Assembly: GCF_009914755.1 (NCBI RefSeq)
Contig: NC_060936.1
Strand: one strand, 5' to 3'
Length of the DNA stretch: 64,000 nucleotides
From: the human T2T-CHM13v2.0 reference genome, Homo sapiens
Shown one piece after another: positions 39,150 to 55,649 of the stretch (position 1 is its first letter; each line of letters opens with the position of its first letter). A model generated the notes under the pieces. The model saw nothing but the letters and a program-made list of their open reading frames with translations. It was not told the DNA's origin and made no database searches. Made by a program: the position numbers and the translations under genes.

Positions 39150-39370
39150 GCTATTTGGGCTTCTTTACATGTGTTCCAGGAGGCTCAGGCAGAAGTTAGA
39201 AGTCTTCTTATGATGTAGCATTGGAAGTGCCAGAACATTATTCCTACTACATTCTTCTGGTCAAGCAAGTTACTAAGGCCAGCCCAGAATCCAAAAGAAG
39301 CAAATTAAACTCTATTTATCAGGGAAGGAAATAGCAGTAAATTTGCATACATAGTTAATACTACCACAAT
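39150..39370. mobile_element. MLT1 (MaLR) LTR fragment
   Basis: cattcttctggtcaagcaagttactaaggccagcccagaatccaa...ctaccaca. Confidence 0.55.
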
Positions 39371-39399
39371 GACTACTATATACTTGCTGTCTTTATTTC

Positions 39400-40970
39400 C
39401 TCACCTTTTATCCATTCCACTGACTGTAATCAGGCTTCTGCCTTTATGACTGTCCATGATCACTGGTAACCTTCAAACCAGTGGACTGTTCCAGTCCTGG
39501 GTGAAGCTTATCCCTATAGGCGTGATGTCTTTCCTGATCTTCAGTCCTATATATCCAACTGTCTTCTTAAAGTCTCTCATAAGTCTCAATGGCACTTCCA
39601 ACTCAATGTATTCCAAATTAAACTCATCATCTTTCCCTTCTCTCCCTACTTCTAAACCTGGCTCACTTACAGTGTTGACACTCTCTGTGAATGAACTTAC
39701 CAGTTATTTAAACAAGAAATTTAGGACATATTCTTGGTATCTCAATCTCTCTTACTCTCTTGTCTAATTCATTACAAAATCCTATGAGTTTACTCTTTAC
39801 CCTTAATTCAAACTATGGCTATCTCATTTCAGGGATATCATAAGATCCTGTTAACCTGTCCCTCCATAATTACTTTAAATCTTCCACTTCTGGTGATGGC
39901 ATCCATATTTTTCTGTGGAGACTGTTCCTTTCCTCTTTTCAGTTCATGTTGTTCACAGTACCACCTGGCTCTAGAAGAGTGAGCAAGTCATTCTTCTCTT
40001 ACCATGAGTATATCCTCTTCCTTGACCATAATTATTGTTTCATAGATTCACATGTGACCCAAGTTGTTTAGTAAGTGTCCATCCTGGGATATTTGTTGGA
40101 ACTACAGAGAAAAGGAGGTTCTCTTTCTGCTGGGGTGATAATATATGAGATTTTTTTATCTTATGTATCAGGCTGCCAGCTGTCATCTCACCCCCAAAAA
40201 AGTAGATCCTGCCTAAAAATAAAGCAATACAGTAGAAAGCAGAACTGTGATGCAGATATTCCTGAAAACATCATTGAGCATCCAGATCCCCAAATGCTTG
40301 AATATCTGCTCTTGGCTACACTTTACAATTTAGGAGCCGACACATGGTCTTTTTTCGTAAACCAGTATGAGTGGGAATTTTGTTAACTGAAACAGAAATA
40401 ATCTTGTATAATACCACTCTTTGATCTCTTCTGCCTATTACAGCTACAGCAATTGTCTCAGAATATTCATCTGATTATGTCAACCATTCTGTTTTCCCTC
40501 CCAGCTTATTGCATGCAGGGTAACAAAACAGCAGACTCATTAACATGACCCTCAAAGTTTTGTGTGTCAGTCTCCTATCCACCTCTCTAGCATTATCTCT
40601 TTCTTGTCAAGTCTCTACTCTCTCCACTCCAGCCACAGAAGTGACTTTTATCAGTCATCATATTCCTTTTGCCAAAGAGGTTTTATATATTCCATTATCT
40701 CTGTCTGAAACCTCTTCTCCCCTCTACTTCACCTGGTCAATACCCACCCATCTTTTAAACTGCAGCTCAGGCGTCAATCTAAGGCAAGTTTTCCCTGAAC
40801 TCTCATACAGTATCAGGTACTCTTAGTCTATGCTCTCAAAGTACCATGTATCTTTTCTCTGTGTTATGTCTCATCATTAAAATTATGTATTAATTTTTGT
40901 GATGATTAACATTTGTTTCCTCCTCTATGAAAGCAAGAAGACCTGTTCTTTTCCAACTCTGTTGTCCCCT
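39400..40970 (+). mobile_element. L2 LINE fragments interrupted by an LTR16-like ERVL LTR (~39880-40410)
   Basis: L2-like atatccaactgtc...ctcaatgtattccaaattaaactc; LTR16-like catgtgacccaag...tcctgaaaacatcattgagcatccagatcc...aactgaaacagaaa. Confidence 0.55.
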
Positions 40971-41769
40971 GGATTATAGTAGGAAATATTTACAGTTATG
41001 CATACATACATATAATATATATGTATATGTTATCCTACTATAGTAGGATAGATTGTGTGTGTGTGTATATGTGTATGTATGTATATATATAAAATAAATG
41101 AACTGACATTTCTGAAGCATTTTTTGTTGTGGAATGTACTTTCTTTTTTCAAAAATCTTCATAGGATTCCTTAACATCATTTTCTATTTTTCTACTGGTT
41201 CTCTTAGTTTTCTGTTTTATGTTAATTTCTTGCACTGACTTCTCTTACTCTGATTAATTGTTATATGTTTGTTTCTTAGGTTTCTGTTATGTGGACACCT
41301 CTCTTTTTGGTCTGCTGTAGTCCTTTCAATTCCCATAGCTTCACCTCCTATCTGTCTTTTATTGCAGAGATGTTTCTACTGTTGCCTCATTAATACTCTC
41401 TTCTTAAGGAAGCTACCCCACATGCAGCTTCTGTTTGGCCTGACTGGTCTTTTAAATAATAGTTAATCAGTGAACAATAGGCACCTGACCTGAGGGCAAC
41501 CAATATATAGACTAAGCAATATTTATGAACTGCATAGTTTAATTCAAATATGTGCTTTGAGATAAACAGACTGTTTCACAGAGAAATAAATCATCGGTTA
41601 ACAATGAGAATTAAATTGAAGTCATGATATGGATGGGCCTAGAGAGATTAGGATGGGTCATACACAGGCTGAAATTACAGGGGAATAGAAGAGGCCAGTG
41701 GAAAGTAGTGTAAGGTACATTCAGAGACAGAATAGGGCATAGTACCCACTAAGTGCCTACTATTGTCCT

Positions 41770-41995
41770 ACTGAGGACTTGGGTAAAAGCTGAGGTTAAA
41801 TCCCAGCTTTACCACTAATTAGCTGAGGGAACTTAGGTAAGTTGCTTAAATTCTCAAAAGCTGTTTCTCATTTATAAATGTGGATAATAGAACATAATAG
41901 AATATAAATCACAGGAATTGTGAATATTGCATGAGATAAAACATATAAAATGCTTAGCCTAGGGACTAATACATAACAAATATTTATCAAATAGT
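41770..41995 (+). mobile_element. MIR SINE
   Basis: aatcccagctttaccactaattagctgagggaacttaggtaagttgcttaa...taaaatgcttagc. Confidence 0.75.
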
Positions 41996-43901
41996 AATTC
42001 AAAAAGGAAAGTATAATGGGTTGAGGCTTAGAATAAAGACTCACAAACTCCTTATGTGGGACTCTTTGGAACTATCTTGATTCTCAAAATATCTTCCAGC
42101 TTTAGTAGCTATGGGCTCAAGTGGTTCCTTTTATTACTCCTCATGTCTCCTATATATGAAATAGCTTGAGTGGATCTGCAACTAAAAGAATCACATTAAA
42201 ACATCTTCCAAATGCTCATCTGCAGGTTTCTCTACAGAGGGCCATTCATATTTTTAAATGGCCAACTAAACATTTCCCCCTTGGTGTCAATCTCAATATG
42301 GACAGAACTGAATTCTTCTTCTTATTCTACACATTTTATTTCATCGCGTGGCATCATTTGATGAAAGTTTTGGAATTATTTTAGATTCCTCCCTTTCCTC
42401 AAAGCAATTAGTTTAGTTTGCTGGGAACGTAAGGCAAAAGGGAATTGTAAAGGTAATAGTAGTAGTAGCAATAGAAACAAAACTGTATTTCTTCAGGAAG
42501 CATGATTTTTCACACTGTAACATTTGTAAAATCAGCCTGGGTTTTATGGTTTTTGCCTACATTTAATGAAATAGGACTTCTTTTTTAGGCAAAAAGTTGT
42601 TTCAAGTTGAACCTCTTATGATCAATGGGATTTTAGAGTCAAGGAAATGTGGTATTAAGATTAAGAAAAGAAATTTATCAAGGACAGTTATTAAACATTT
42701 CTTTTTTTACTAGAAACTGGGTTTGACATGTATTACTAATGTTGATCACTGGTTGATTAGAAAACTACCTCCATTCATAGAGTGACTACTATGACCTGGA
42801 AGTGTTTTTGGGTCTGATATGCATTATATATAAACAAGCATAAAAACAGCTCAGGTAATTGGGTATTACTGACTCCAGGCTACTGCAGGGTAAGGGGTTA
42901 CACATAGAGAGTGTGTGTAACATGATCAAATACAAGTGGGGTTCTTATAACACTCCTATTACAGCTCTATGCAGCCACGAAAGTTCAGTGGAAACCTGAG
43001 GCAAGGCAAGTATTTTGAGCAAATAACTAAGATTTTGAAAAGGGTATTTTAGTATTCTGGTATTTTGGAATGAGGAGAGAATAGAGTCAGAAGGACTAAT
43101 TAAGAGGATTTTGTAGTAGCGCATACATAAGGTGATGTTCTACATCCCTCGCTGAGTTGTACAACACAAGGGGGGTGCTCAATGAAAGTTGATGACTGAT
43201 TGAACCACTGAGGTTCTGTCTGCCTGATGCCAGACATCTGGATATAAAGATTAAAATCCAGTCATCCAGATGTTAAGGTTACATGATATGTCACCATCAA
43301 ACATTTAGAAACTTTTAACTGATTGACTGCCTTTTTTACTTTTCATCCAGATAAACAGCATTGAATTAACTCATCTGAGCATGTACCAATTACTATTCTT
43401 TTTTTTTCTTTTAACTAGGGAATGGTTAATCAGGTTGGCAATACTGATGAGTCACTAAAAAAGGAATGGTGGCATAACAAACAGGTAAATATGAAAATAA
43501 GCAAGAACAAGTAAATAATGAAGAAAGTGAAAGCTTCTTCTTATCAGAGATGCATTTTAAAGACTCTTTATTGTGGCTTCTCTTCTTTACAGATAAAAAA
43601 TTTTCATCGGGTTGAGTGTTTCAACATTACAGCATTATACTTCTCTATGTAACTATTGTGTTTTCACATCAAAGCTAACTCTGAAAATATTTCACAGGCA
43701 ATTAAATGTTAACACTTTCCTTCTGTTAACACTTTGTGTGCTCAGTTAAAATGTGATATAAAAAGTGAAGAACTGTAATCGCATATTCAGGTCACTAAAA
43801 GTAAATATTATTCTACTAAAGAACTATATTGTATGAATGATGTGTTTTAAGAATCCCAATTTTGATAAAACCATAGTGTTATAATCAAGTAATGGTGATA
43901 A

Positions 43902-44112
<211 letters not shown>

Positions 44113-47100
44113 TAAAGTATATATAATTTGAAAATAAGATCATTAATTTATCATTGAAGATAATGCTTTTTATTCAAACCAATTCTATGTCCAGATACTA
44201 AACTGACTTGTTAAGTGACAGTTCAAGTAAAACAACTAACTGGTTGTTTTGTATGCACTATGATAAAGAGATTGACTGTTTGGGGTTGGATATTCTTTTC
44301 TTGAAGAAATTACTGATTTTAAAGTTACTCTTTGTAATCATTTGTTTGTTTTTTTATTATCTGAATAGGGATAATCAGAGCTGGGAAGATGAGCTATCTA
44401 CACAGGGAAGTGACAAGGAGAATTGAGATGATTTCTTGGGTCACTAAACCCAAAACTCCATTAACTTTAGTTAGTAACACATTTTGGAGGCAGAATTAGT
44501 TTGTGGCTAAAGAATATTAAGAGTATGGTTTTATATGTTTGCTTTTTTTTCTATTAGTTTATGCATTCCCTGAATGCAGAACTGGTCCCTCAATCCCTAG
44601 TACTTTGTCTTGATTCAGACACAAAAACGGTATAAAATAAATGTTAATTGAATAAATTTTTGTATTGTCATACAAATTTATACACATGAGTAAGATCTCT
44701 GTAGGAGGAATTTAAATTTCTTTCCATCTATACATGTAGATCAGAAAAGCCATCCTGTTTTAAATGTTATAATCTCTTTCAGAAAGACAGGATATATGAT
44801 ATGAGTAGTCCCATACAAATTTAGAATGAATTCAATATTAAAAAATGAATATCTTCTGCAAGGACAGCATCATTACAATCACAGATTTAATAATAGAGTT
44901 AGAAATAGTTGCATTAAAAAGTTTGTGAACAATTGAATGGCAGAAGTATTTTTTTAAATAAAGTTACATGAGGAATTTTGAAAGTCTTTCAGGCTTGCTA
45001 AGTTGGAGGGATAAATAGTCTTTAACATTGACATATTGCCAACTCAGGGCATCTAAAAGCCCTTTTTAAATTACATATAAACAAAAATCATTTCACCCAC
45101 CTCTGGGCTGGAATGTGACAGCTGCTTAAAGTAAGCATAGCAACACTACACAACATTGTCAAACAGGATGAATGGGCTTAACTAATCAAAAATAGAGCAT
45201 CAAAGTAAAACTGCTCAAATTAGATTTCTGGCCAGGACAGAAAGGTTAACTGTTCTGTACTGGTATAAAGTCCTTACGATCCTTGATGACTGCAGGATTC
45301 ATGTCAGTATTGCCAATCAAATTCAAGATGTGATTTGACAACTTAAGAGTTTTTTAATATCACACTGGGGACTTTTTATGGTCTTTTGATCCAACATGAA
45401 GAATCTAGAAAGCAATACTTATGATAGCTAAGAGAATAAGCTTTGAAGAGTGACCCTGGTCAAGTCACAAGTTCTTGTTTTATAAATTAACCAATCTACT
45501 TTCCCTCCTGCACGTACAGTCCTCAATACCCACCTTCTCAAGATAGTTTTAGGATGAGTTATATATAATATGTACCATGCTCTGAAATCAGTTCCTAGTA
45601 CAGAGAATGCACACCATACTTGGATCTGATTGTCTTTAATCTATTAATGATCAGCAGAATTCATATAAAACGCTGAGGGAAGGAGTTGTGAGAAATATTT
45701 TCCCATATACTAAATTTTTCTTAACCTAGGGATCTAAAAAATTGTTGGCTCAACTGATAGTCTGGTTTAATTTAAGATGCTTGAGCAATAGTGATAGACT
45801 AACTACCATAGCCAGAAGTTGTTCAGGCAGAACTAGAGAAAACATAAACATACTAATTTTCCCTTTTTTTATTCCTGCCTAAGCAATAAATACTTAATCA
45901 AAATTCAAAAATGAAGTTTCGAACTGTTTAGCAAATGCTAGGATTTCCAAGCAGATACTAATGTTCGTATGGAAATTTATAGATTGCTCTATTATAAAAG
46001 TTACTTAAATAAATTACCTAAAATAATTATTCATTTTATTTTTGGCTAATTTAAAGTTTTAATAAAATCTTATTTTAACAGCAGAGATTATATCTTCTTT
46101 ACCCCATCTACCTTCTGAAATTTTGTCTTTATTTTTTGAATTATTAACTGAAGATTCTGTAATTTTAAAATGTTTTCACAATAAAAACTTAACTCTGGAA
46201 TATCAGTAAATATGGGAGCATATAACACCTAAGTATGACTAAAACTATTTTCTAGTGATTCTTAGAGAAAAATATGCAAGTTATATTCTGAAATCATGTA
46301 CTAGTGACTGGTATAAGTGTTCTACAATCATAGTATTCCTCAATCCATCTAGGTTCAAATGCCTACTCCTGCATAAGTGATAAGATCAGTTTTAATTCTT
46401 GCTAGAGTGTAGTAGGCAAAGCCATACTTTTTAAAACCAACGTGTAACAAAACAGAGTGCTGTGTCAAGACTTCTCACTCACTGAAGTTATAATACGTAG
46501 GATTCTGTTAGTCTAGTCCTCTCCGGAGGTTAATTCTTAAAATTGCAGCTATTAAGTTTCATGTGTTATATTTACTGTGGAATTTGAAAACATTGACAAA
46601 GGGTTGAGCATCTCTGGTATGTCCATTCTAGCTTTGCTTAATGAGCCACATCACTTGCTGATAAGTTATATGAAAGACTTCTATTTTTATGGGGTTTTCT
46701 TTACTACTTTACGTATTTGCTTCCAGTAAATGTTCAGCGAAAAGTAATGACATTCTATAGGATTCTACAAATACTATAATGTACCACTTGTACTATTTAT
46801 TTCCAGTTATCAACATACAAAGAAAGACAGTATACATTTGGATGAGGGAATTATAGATATATTAATAATTGCCCCACTGTTTTTAATTTTTTTCCAAGTC
46901 TTCTAAACGGATATTTTAATAATGGAAACAAAACAGTTTCACAGAAAAGTATATAAACTCTCCTTCTATGGACATTTTCCAATCTGTAATTTCCTTTTCA
47001 GTTAGTCAACTTTTGAAAGCAGCCCTAATGTTTCATGTGCTGTTTGCGCATGGGTACGTTGAATCTCATTAGATTTGACTGAAAGACAGAAGGATAAGTT

Positions 47101-47735
47101 GGGGTAGAAGAGAGATATCTAGAGGGTGGACATTGGGATGCTTACCAGTCTTACTAAAACCCCACTGAGATCATACAGAACCCTGGCAAAAAGCTTTGTG
47201 ATAGATAATTGGAGTGTATCTCTTTACCCAATTCCCCAGTGATCACTCAGACCACTCCCTACAGATTTGCTCTTCCCCAAAGGTACTATTTATACTCAGG
47301 CAATCTCTGACAAAGACCATGCTAATTTAAAGATAGAAAAGTATTAATTTCAATCACAGAATTTATTCCAAGTCTATTTTAAGGTCAAGAATAGATACTG
47401 ATAATTGTGACAATAACTCTGCTTTTCACTAGCCTTGCAATGGAACTATTAGTTTTAGTTTACTGCAGTATAGTAGCTTATTTTAAACCCCTTTCCAGAA
47501 TTTGTATTAATTTTTGCAATTATACAATGTCTCACTTATATATTCAAAAATCTAGTCAAAATTCAAATGTGGGTTTATTATCTAGTCTTTTTTTTTCCAG
47601 TGAACAGAGACATCTCCTCCTGAAAAAATTAACAGATACTTAAAGAAATTTGGAGAACATGTCAGAAGTTCTAGGAAAAGACTAGTCTTTTCTGAAGGCT
47701 AGCAATGAATCACTTGGAAAGTTTCATAATACCTA

Positions 47736-48188
<453 letters not shown>

Positions 48189-50018
48189 TTAGAATATAGG
48201 AAATTGTTGGGAATGAGATTTTGTGGCTTCCATAGTAAGTCTGGCCAGAGGAGAAAAAGAGACAGAGAGGTTACCTGGAATACATTTCTCCATTCCTTCC
48301 CTCTCCCTCCAAATCCTTTTCTAGGTTTTTGCTCTTGTTTTTATTATAGTGGCATATACCTTCATATTTCAAATATCCTCCCAGAGAATTCTGAATCCCA
48401 AATAACTGTGAGTAATGCCTGTAATGCTTGCCTTCTAAAGGATTTAACCTAGGCTGCATAGTTTATAGCTGATAAACTGGGAGTCAATCTTTCACTGCAA
48501 TGATGTATTCGCTGCACTAAGAATCATTTCCATTGTAAATTAATTCTTGAAATGTTGGGTCATAAATGTCATCAGTATCATTACCTAGTCCACTCCCAGA
48601 AGCAGCGACTCTGTCAGTTTGCTGCAGGTGTTGGCTTCTAAAAGGAAGGTGCTCCAAACAAAACGCATTAAACCATGACTCCATTCTTAAGGGCAACTCC
48701 TTTCAAATGCCTTTTTACTTTATGCTGCTTGGCGGAGAGATTAATGGATGCCATTTCTGATATGCAACTGGCTTCAGGGTTTTTCCTGTGCCCTTTCAGA
48801 AAGAGATACTCTTGAGTGCCTTTTAACAAATATATTTCCCAAATGTTCCTTCTTTAGAAGGCTACTCTAAATTTAGTCAGAATTCAACTTCTTCTGCATC
48901 TGCTTAGAATCAATGGGCCTAAAATACAACGACTCATCAGTGTGTAGAGAACATACTAGGAATTACGTGAAGGATAAGAATCAACAAAACAGGACTGCCC
49001 TTGAGGAACTTAGGGTTCTGTAGGGTGAGAAACAATCCTACCCTGAAGAATCAAGAAAGAAATAATAAGCGAAACCTATTTCAGGTATAAGTTACTTAGG
49101 GCACTCCTCACACATTTGGAGATGTTAACTAAAGTTTCCAGTAAGTTTATTCACAGTTTGGTGCTTTCTGGGGAACAAATGTTCTTGAGGAAATCAGAAC
49201 AACATGAAAATATACATTCTGAACATACATTTTCTTGAAGAGTACAAAATTGGAATGTTGATTCCACAATTTCTATGCGTAACAGAAACGAATTTTTAAA
49301 GTAGTTCATCTGTTTTTAGATGTTCCCTTATTTTCAGACTTCCCAGATTAATTTAGCAGAGTATGCATGAGATAGCCCTAAAGCTCAGCATGCATCAATC
49401 TGGTGAAAAACTTTAGGTTCAGCAAAAGAAAACTGTTGTTTCTATAACCCATCTTCTGATTTTGTAGTCAGGAAAAATTGGAAACAAGTGTCCTGCTCCT
49501 TAAAAAAGTCAGTAGGGATATGTGAAAAGCCATTCAACTGGAAGCAGATGTCTCATAAAATAATTCTAATTGGTGCTCAGTTAGTTTAAGGCAGGGGTGA
49601 AAAACTGTTGCCCCTCAACTCCTGATACGTATTTATATTCCTAGAGCCAGAAGGACATTAAGTGCACTACCTTGTGTTGATAACAAGTATTTACTGAGCA
49701 TCTACCTTGAGATAGTCACTGCGATTATCTCTGGACCTGCATCATTTTACAGGTTATGGAAACCAAGGCTCAGATAAATTAGGGAGTCACCACAAATTTG
49801 AAATAAGTAGTAACAAACAGATCATGCCGTTTGGCTACGCTGAAATCATTTTTGATTTCAAATAAAAAATGAAAACTTTAAAAATCCATATGTTAAATTT
49901 TAAAACTAAAACTACCTGTATAAGTAATTTAGGGGGTAAGGCAAAGATTTAAATAGATATTGGAAAACCTTAGAACTGAATGTTTAGTATATCAAAATTT
50001 GTAAGATACAAACTGCCA

Positions 50019-50329
<311 letters not shown>

Positions 50330-50794
50330 AAGATACAAACTGCCAAATATCATATTAGAAATCAATACTAAAATTTAGTTAACTATTTGACCAAATTAAG
50401 AAATTATAAAAATAATAAAATAACAAAAAATTACCAAAAAATTTAAAAATTACAATAGAACAAAAATAATAAAATGTAAAATGTAGAATAGATAAGCCTT
50501 TATTAATCAAGATAAAATGGAAGTGGTCACAAACATTTTAGGAATGAGAAAGCTGAGAGTTTTGAATGCTATTGTGATTTTAAAAATGAGATTAATATGC
50601 AAAAAATCGCATGAAACATAAAATTATATACAATATAGGTAATTTCCTAAAACAATATAACTTTTAAAAACAGATAAAAAAGAACTAGAAAACTGTAATA
50701 GTCTTATATCTTTAACAAAATTAAATCTATAGTGACAAATATCCTAACAAAGAAAGTACCACATCCAGATAGTTTTAAGGACAAATTCTACTAA

Positions 50795-51141
<347 letters not shown>

Positions 51142-51943
51142 TAACAGCAAAAGGTTGGGCATTCTTAACTTGTCTTAAGCAGTTGTGAGATAATAGCAGT
51201 ACGAGAGGAAAAAAAGATCACAGCAAGCTATTATTATTTATGAACATAGAGGCAAAATCCTAAACAAATATTAGCAAACTAAATTCAAGTTGGATTTATC
51301 TCAAATAAGCAATATTTTTTACATTTACAATAATTTATTAATATAATTTAATACATAGAGATTAAAGTAGAAGAAATGAAACGATCATTTCAATAGATGG
51401 AGAGGAGCATTTTGCCTAGAAATGATTTGAAAATTAGCAAAGCAGGCATTAAAAACATCTTCTTTATCCCGATAAAGGTATCTACAAAAAACTCAAGACA
51501 GACATCATATTTAATAGTAGATTTTCAGAAGCATTCTCTTTTATATTACAAAAGGAAGCTTGTCTACCAGCACTGGTTTTATTCATAGCTGTATTTGATG
51601 CGCAGCTATAGAAGCAATGTAAGGAAAAGAAATGGTATAAGAATTAGAAAGCAAGAAACAAAATGGCCTTTATTTGCAGAAATACAATTGGCTGTGTAGG
51701 AAACTTAGATATTAACCAAATTATTAGAGCTAATAAGAATTTAAACAGCTTGTTAAATGTCAGATCTGTATCTGAAAATTAATTGCATTTCTATACGCAT
51801 ACAATAAAAATGTAATGTTCCCATTTACAAGAGGAACAAAAAGTAAAAAAACACCTAAGAATAAAGCTAATAAAATTATTCCTGACATTTTTGGAGAAAA
51901 TTATAAAAAGAAATTCAGGAATATCTAAAAAAAAATAAAGCTA

Positions 51944-52252
<309 letters not shown>

Positions 52253-53102
52253 TTACTGTTTTTTTCTTTTTTCATTTTTTAATCACATTTACTCTATACA
52301 TTCAATACAACTTCACTAGTGAATATGATGAACCAACTCTAACATTTACAGGAAATAGTAGAATTAGTTCATCATATTCAGAGACAAAAGATGGGGTTCC
52401 TTGTTCTACAAGAGTTACTATAAGAGATACAGTAATTAGACAGTTTGACATTGGTTACGTGACAAATAGACAAGTAGGGCAAAAGAAAACAATAGAACGC
52501 CTCAAAATAAATAGACCCGCCTCTATGTGGACACTTTATTACAATGATGGCATTTGAAGTTCAATAGTAAAATTGTTAGTCTTCAATAAATTACGCCTGT
52601 ATATTTTATTATTGGAGGAGAAGGGAAGGGAGGAGAAGGGAAAGGAATGGAAAGGAAGGAAAGGAAGGGAAGGGAGGAAGAAAGGAAAACACAAGAAAAG
52701 TTCTACCTCCAAGTAGAATATAAATGTGAGAAACAAAACTTTTAAAAGAAAAAATAGAAGAATATATTTGTGATGTTCAGGTAGTAGCAGATTCTTACAT
52801 AAAATATAAAGTAGAAAAAAATGATAAATTCTTCCACATTATAAGTTTTAAGTTTTGTTCATCAAGAGATGTAATTTTTAGAAGTGAAAATACAAGTGAC
52901 AAGAAGGAAACAAGAAGAAGATATTTACAATATGTAACCAAAAAAGGTTGTATTTTCTATATGTTTATTACATGTATATAATCTTTTCAAATCAAAAATA
53001 AGAAAGTAAACAAATTAAAAAATAGGTAAAATATATAACATGGAAAATCACAAAAGAAGAAACTTGAATGGCCAATAAACATGTAGAAAGTTAGTCAATT
53101 TT

Positions 53103-53256
53103 AGCCAGGTGTGGTGGCTCAAGTCCGTAATCCCAGCAGCTGGGGAGGCCGAAGTGGGCAGATTGCTTGCCCCCAAGAGTTTGAGACCAGCCTGGGTAAC
53201 ATAGCGAAACCCTGTCTCTATTTACTAAATTTTATAATAATGAAAGAAAAAAAAAG
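53103..53256 (+). mobile_element. Alu left monomer (FLAM-like)
   Basis: gccaggtgtggtggctca...gagaccagcctgggtaacatagcgaaaccctgtctcta plus A-rich tail. Confidence 0.85.
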
Positions 53257-53599
53257 AGGAAAGTTTCTCAACCCCATTTGAAATTAAGAAATTACAAATC
53301 AAAACTACAATTGGTTATTATTTTATGCATACTAGACTGGCAAAAATTAGTCTGTGACTATTATGCAACATATACATGCAGCAAAATTGCATTTGTATCC
53401 CATAAATTTATACAAAAAAGCAACTGACAACCTCAGATGTTGGTAAGGATGTGGACTAATGGAAACTCTGCTACACCGCCATTGGGAGTATGAATTGGCA
53501 CAACCATTTGAGAGAATAATTTGGCCTTAACTAGTAATTTTGATGATGCACATAGCCTATGAGAAACCAGTTTTATTTCTAATTATGCAAACCCTTGGG

Positions 53600-55050
53600 C
53601 AGAGGTCTTTAGACTGAGTTGCCTATATATCTCGAAGTACACAAAAGCATTCCAAGTGTATGAAATGACAGTTTTAAATTAATAAATTTTTAGATCTCCA
53701 ATTTCCACATAGATGCTTTCCTAAATTTGGTATGCACAAGAACATCCCTGGAGAAGCTTTTCATGTGTTCATTTCCATTTCCCCTCTCACAATAATCTTT
53801 CTCTTACTTTGTAAGTCAAAGGCGTCTTCTCACACATCCTGAAGTTTACTATATAGTACATCAACCCCAGGTGTAAAAATCTCTAGGGTGCCGAATAATG
53901 AAACAACTTAAAATACTGGTAAATACATAAGGAAAGTGAATAACTTTATTAATATATATGTATTTTTATTAGGAAAGTGAATAACTTCTATCTAGCTTTG
54001 TCATGTCAGAAGGTTTCTAATAATTTGCTTTTATTTAATTTAACAGAGGACTGAATCAAGGTATTTGCTAATAGTTCATTAAAATGTTTTATCATAAATC
54101 ACTAAGTGATTTTGACATTTAACTCAGAAACAGTTCAATGAATTGAATGATATTAATCCAAAAATCTTCTTCCATTCATATGTACTTAGGAATGTGAATA
54201 AGATTTGTTAGTGCTTATTTTTATGGGAAAAAAGTAGAATTGATCTAGACCTTGTCTTATTCTAGCTGTAAGTAATAGTCATCCTTGGATACATGAATTG
54301 TCTAAGGAGGCCTCCCCTTTTCCCCCTGAAAAACCCTGTGTATTTTATTGAGATATTTCCAATATAAATTTTACTCTCTAAATTTAAGAATTATCAAAAT
54401 GTGCAATACATTAGTTGTTTTGATCAATTATATATTACTATTAACTGTAAAACCATAACTTAATTCTGAATAAATTTTTAACACTTAGTATTTTATAGTC
54501 AGAGGAAGTTTTCTTTTTAAAATTTAAATTATATGTGTACTTTTTTTAAGAGACAGGATCTTGCCCTGCTGCCCAGGCTGGAGTACAGTGGTATGATCAT
54601 GGCTCACTGCAGCCTTGACATTCTGGGCTCAAGTCGTCCTCTTGCCTCGGCCTTCCAAGTAGAAAGGACTACAGGTGTGCACAACTATGAATGGCTGATT
54701 TTTAAATTTTTAGTTTGTAGAGATGATGCCTCCCTATGTTGTCCAGGTTGGTCTCAAACTCCTGGGCTCAAGTGATCCTTCCATCTCAGTCTCCCAAAGT
54801 GCTGGGATTATAGGCTTGAGCCACTGTGCCCAGCCTATATGTACTTTTGTTGTAGATAGTTATCAGAGTGAGATCAATAAAAGAAGTTGAATCATAAAAA
54901 TTGATCACATAAGATGATGTGGGTAAAACAAATGGAAATACAGTCTGAGAGATAAAGGTTATGTTCTAAAGTTAATGTATTTTGAGTGGAATCAAAATAT
55001 AAATATCAGGCCATATGATGTGTACTAAGAGTATTATTTCTTAAAAATGT
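53600..55050 (+). mobile_element. Charlie-family hAT DNA transposon remnant, interrupted by an Alu
   Basis: ~54165-54300 reads as a decayed hAT dimerisation-domain end (LPF..TY.CE..FS.L...RID...CLILA.SN.HP.IHEL). Confidence 0.55.
54541..54835 (-). mobile_element. Alu, AluJ-like
   Basis: Reverse dimer agagacagg...cactgtgcccagcc; flanks tatatgtgtac / tatatgtac. Confidence 0.92.
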
Positions 55051-55649
55051 TATTTCAGTTATATACATGTGTGTTTATGTGTGTGAGTATGGGTGGGTCT
55101 GTGTATGCATATTGAATCATAATGTAAAAATATGTTTTCATTCGAGTAGCAGCAAAAATTGCCTTGACCCAGGTGACTCTGATGCAGCAATCCACATTTT
55201 GAGAAACAATTACCTGGGGGTGGTAAGGGTGAAGGAGAAAATATCTAAGACTTTGGCTTCCAAAAACTACATTTTAATGTATATTAATTATATATGTATA
55301 TATGTATAAAATTATTTAAGAACTTGAAATACATAATAGGGAATCCAGACCTTAATGCCTGAGAAGGAATCAGTAGCAAAGTATACAGTTTTAGGAGGCT
55401 GTGCGGTAGAGACCATACTCAATAGCCAGAAGAACACTGAACTTTTAAAATAAACTCCAAGAAAAGAAACAAACACATGCAAATTCCACAGTAGCATGCG
55501 TTAGCTTGATGGGGAGAGAATGCCTACCTGCTAAAGCAAATATATCTGGCCCGTACGAAAGCAGAGACAGGAGGGTTGGGGCTGAAAGTGGGGAGACTCA
55601 GGCTATAAACAACTGATAAAAATCTATCCCTTCACGTCTTACATTACGA

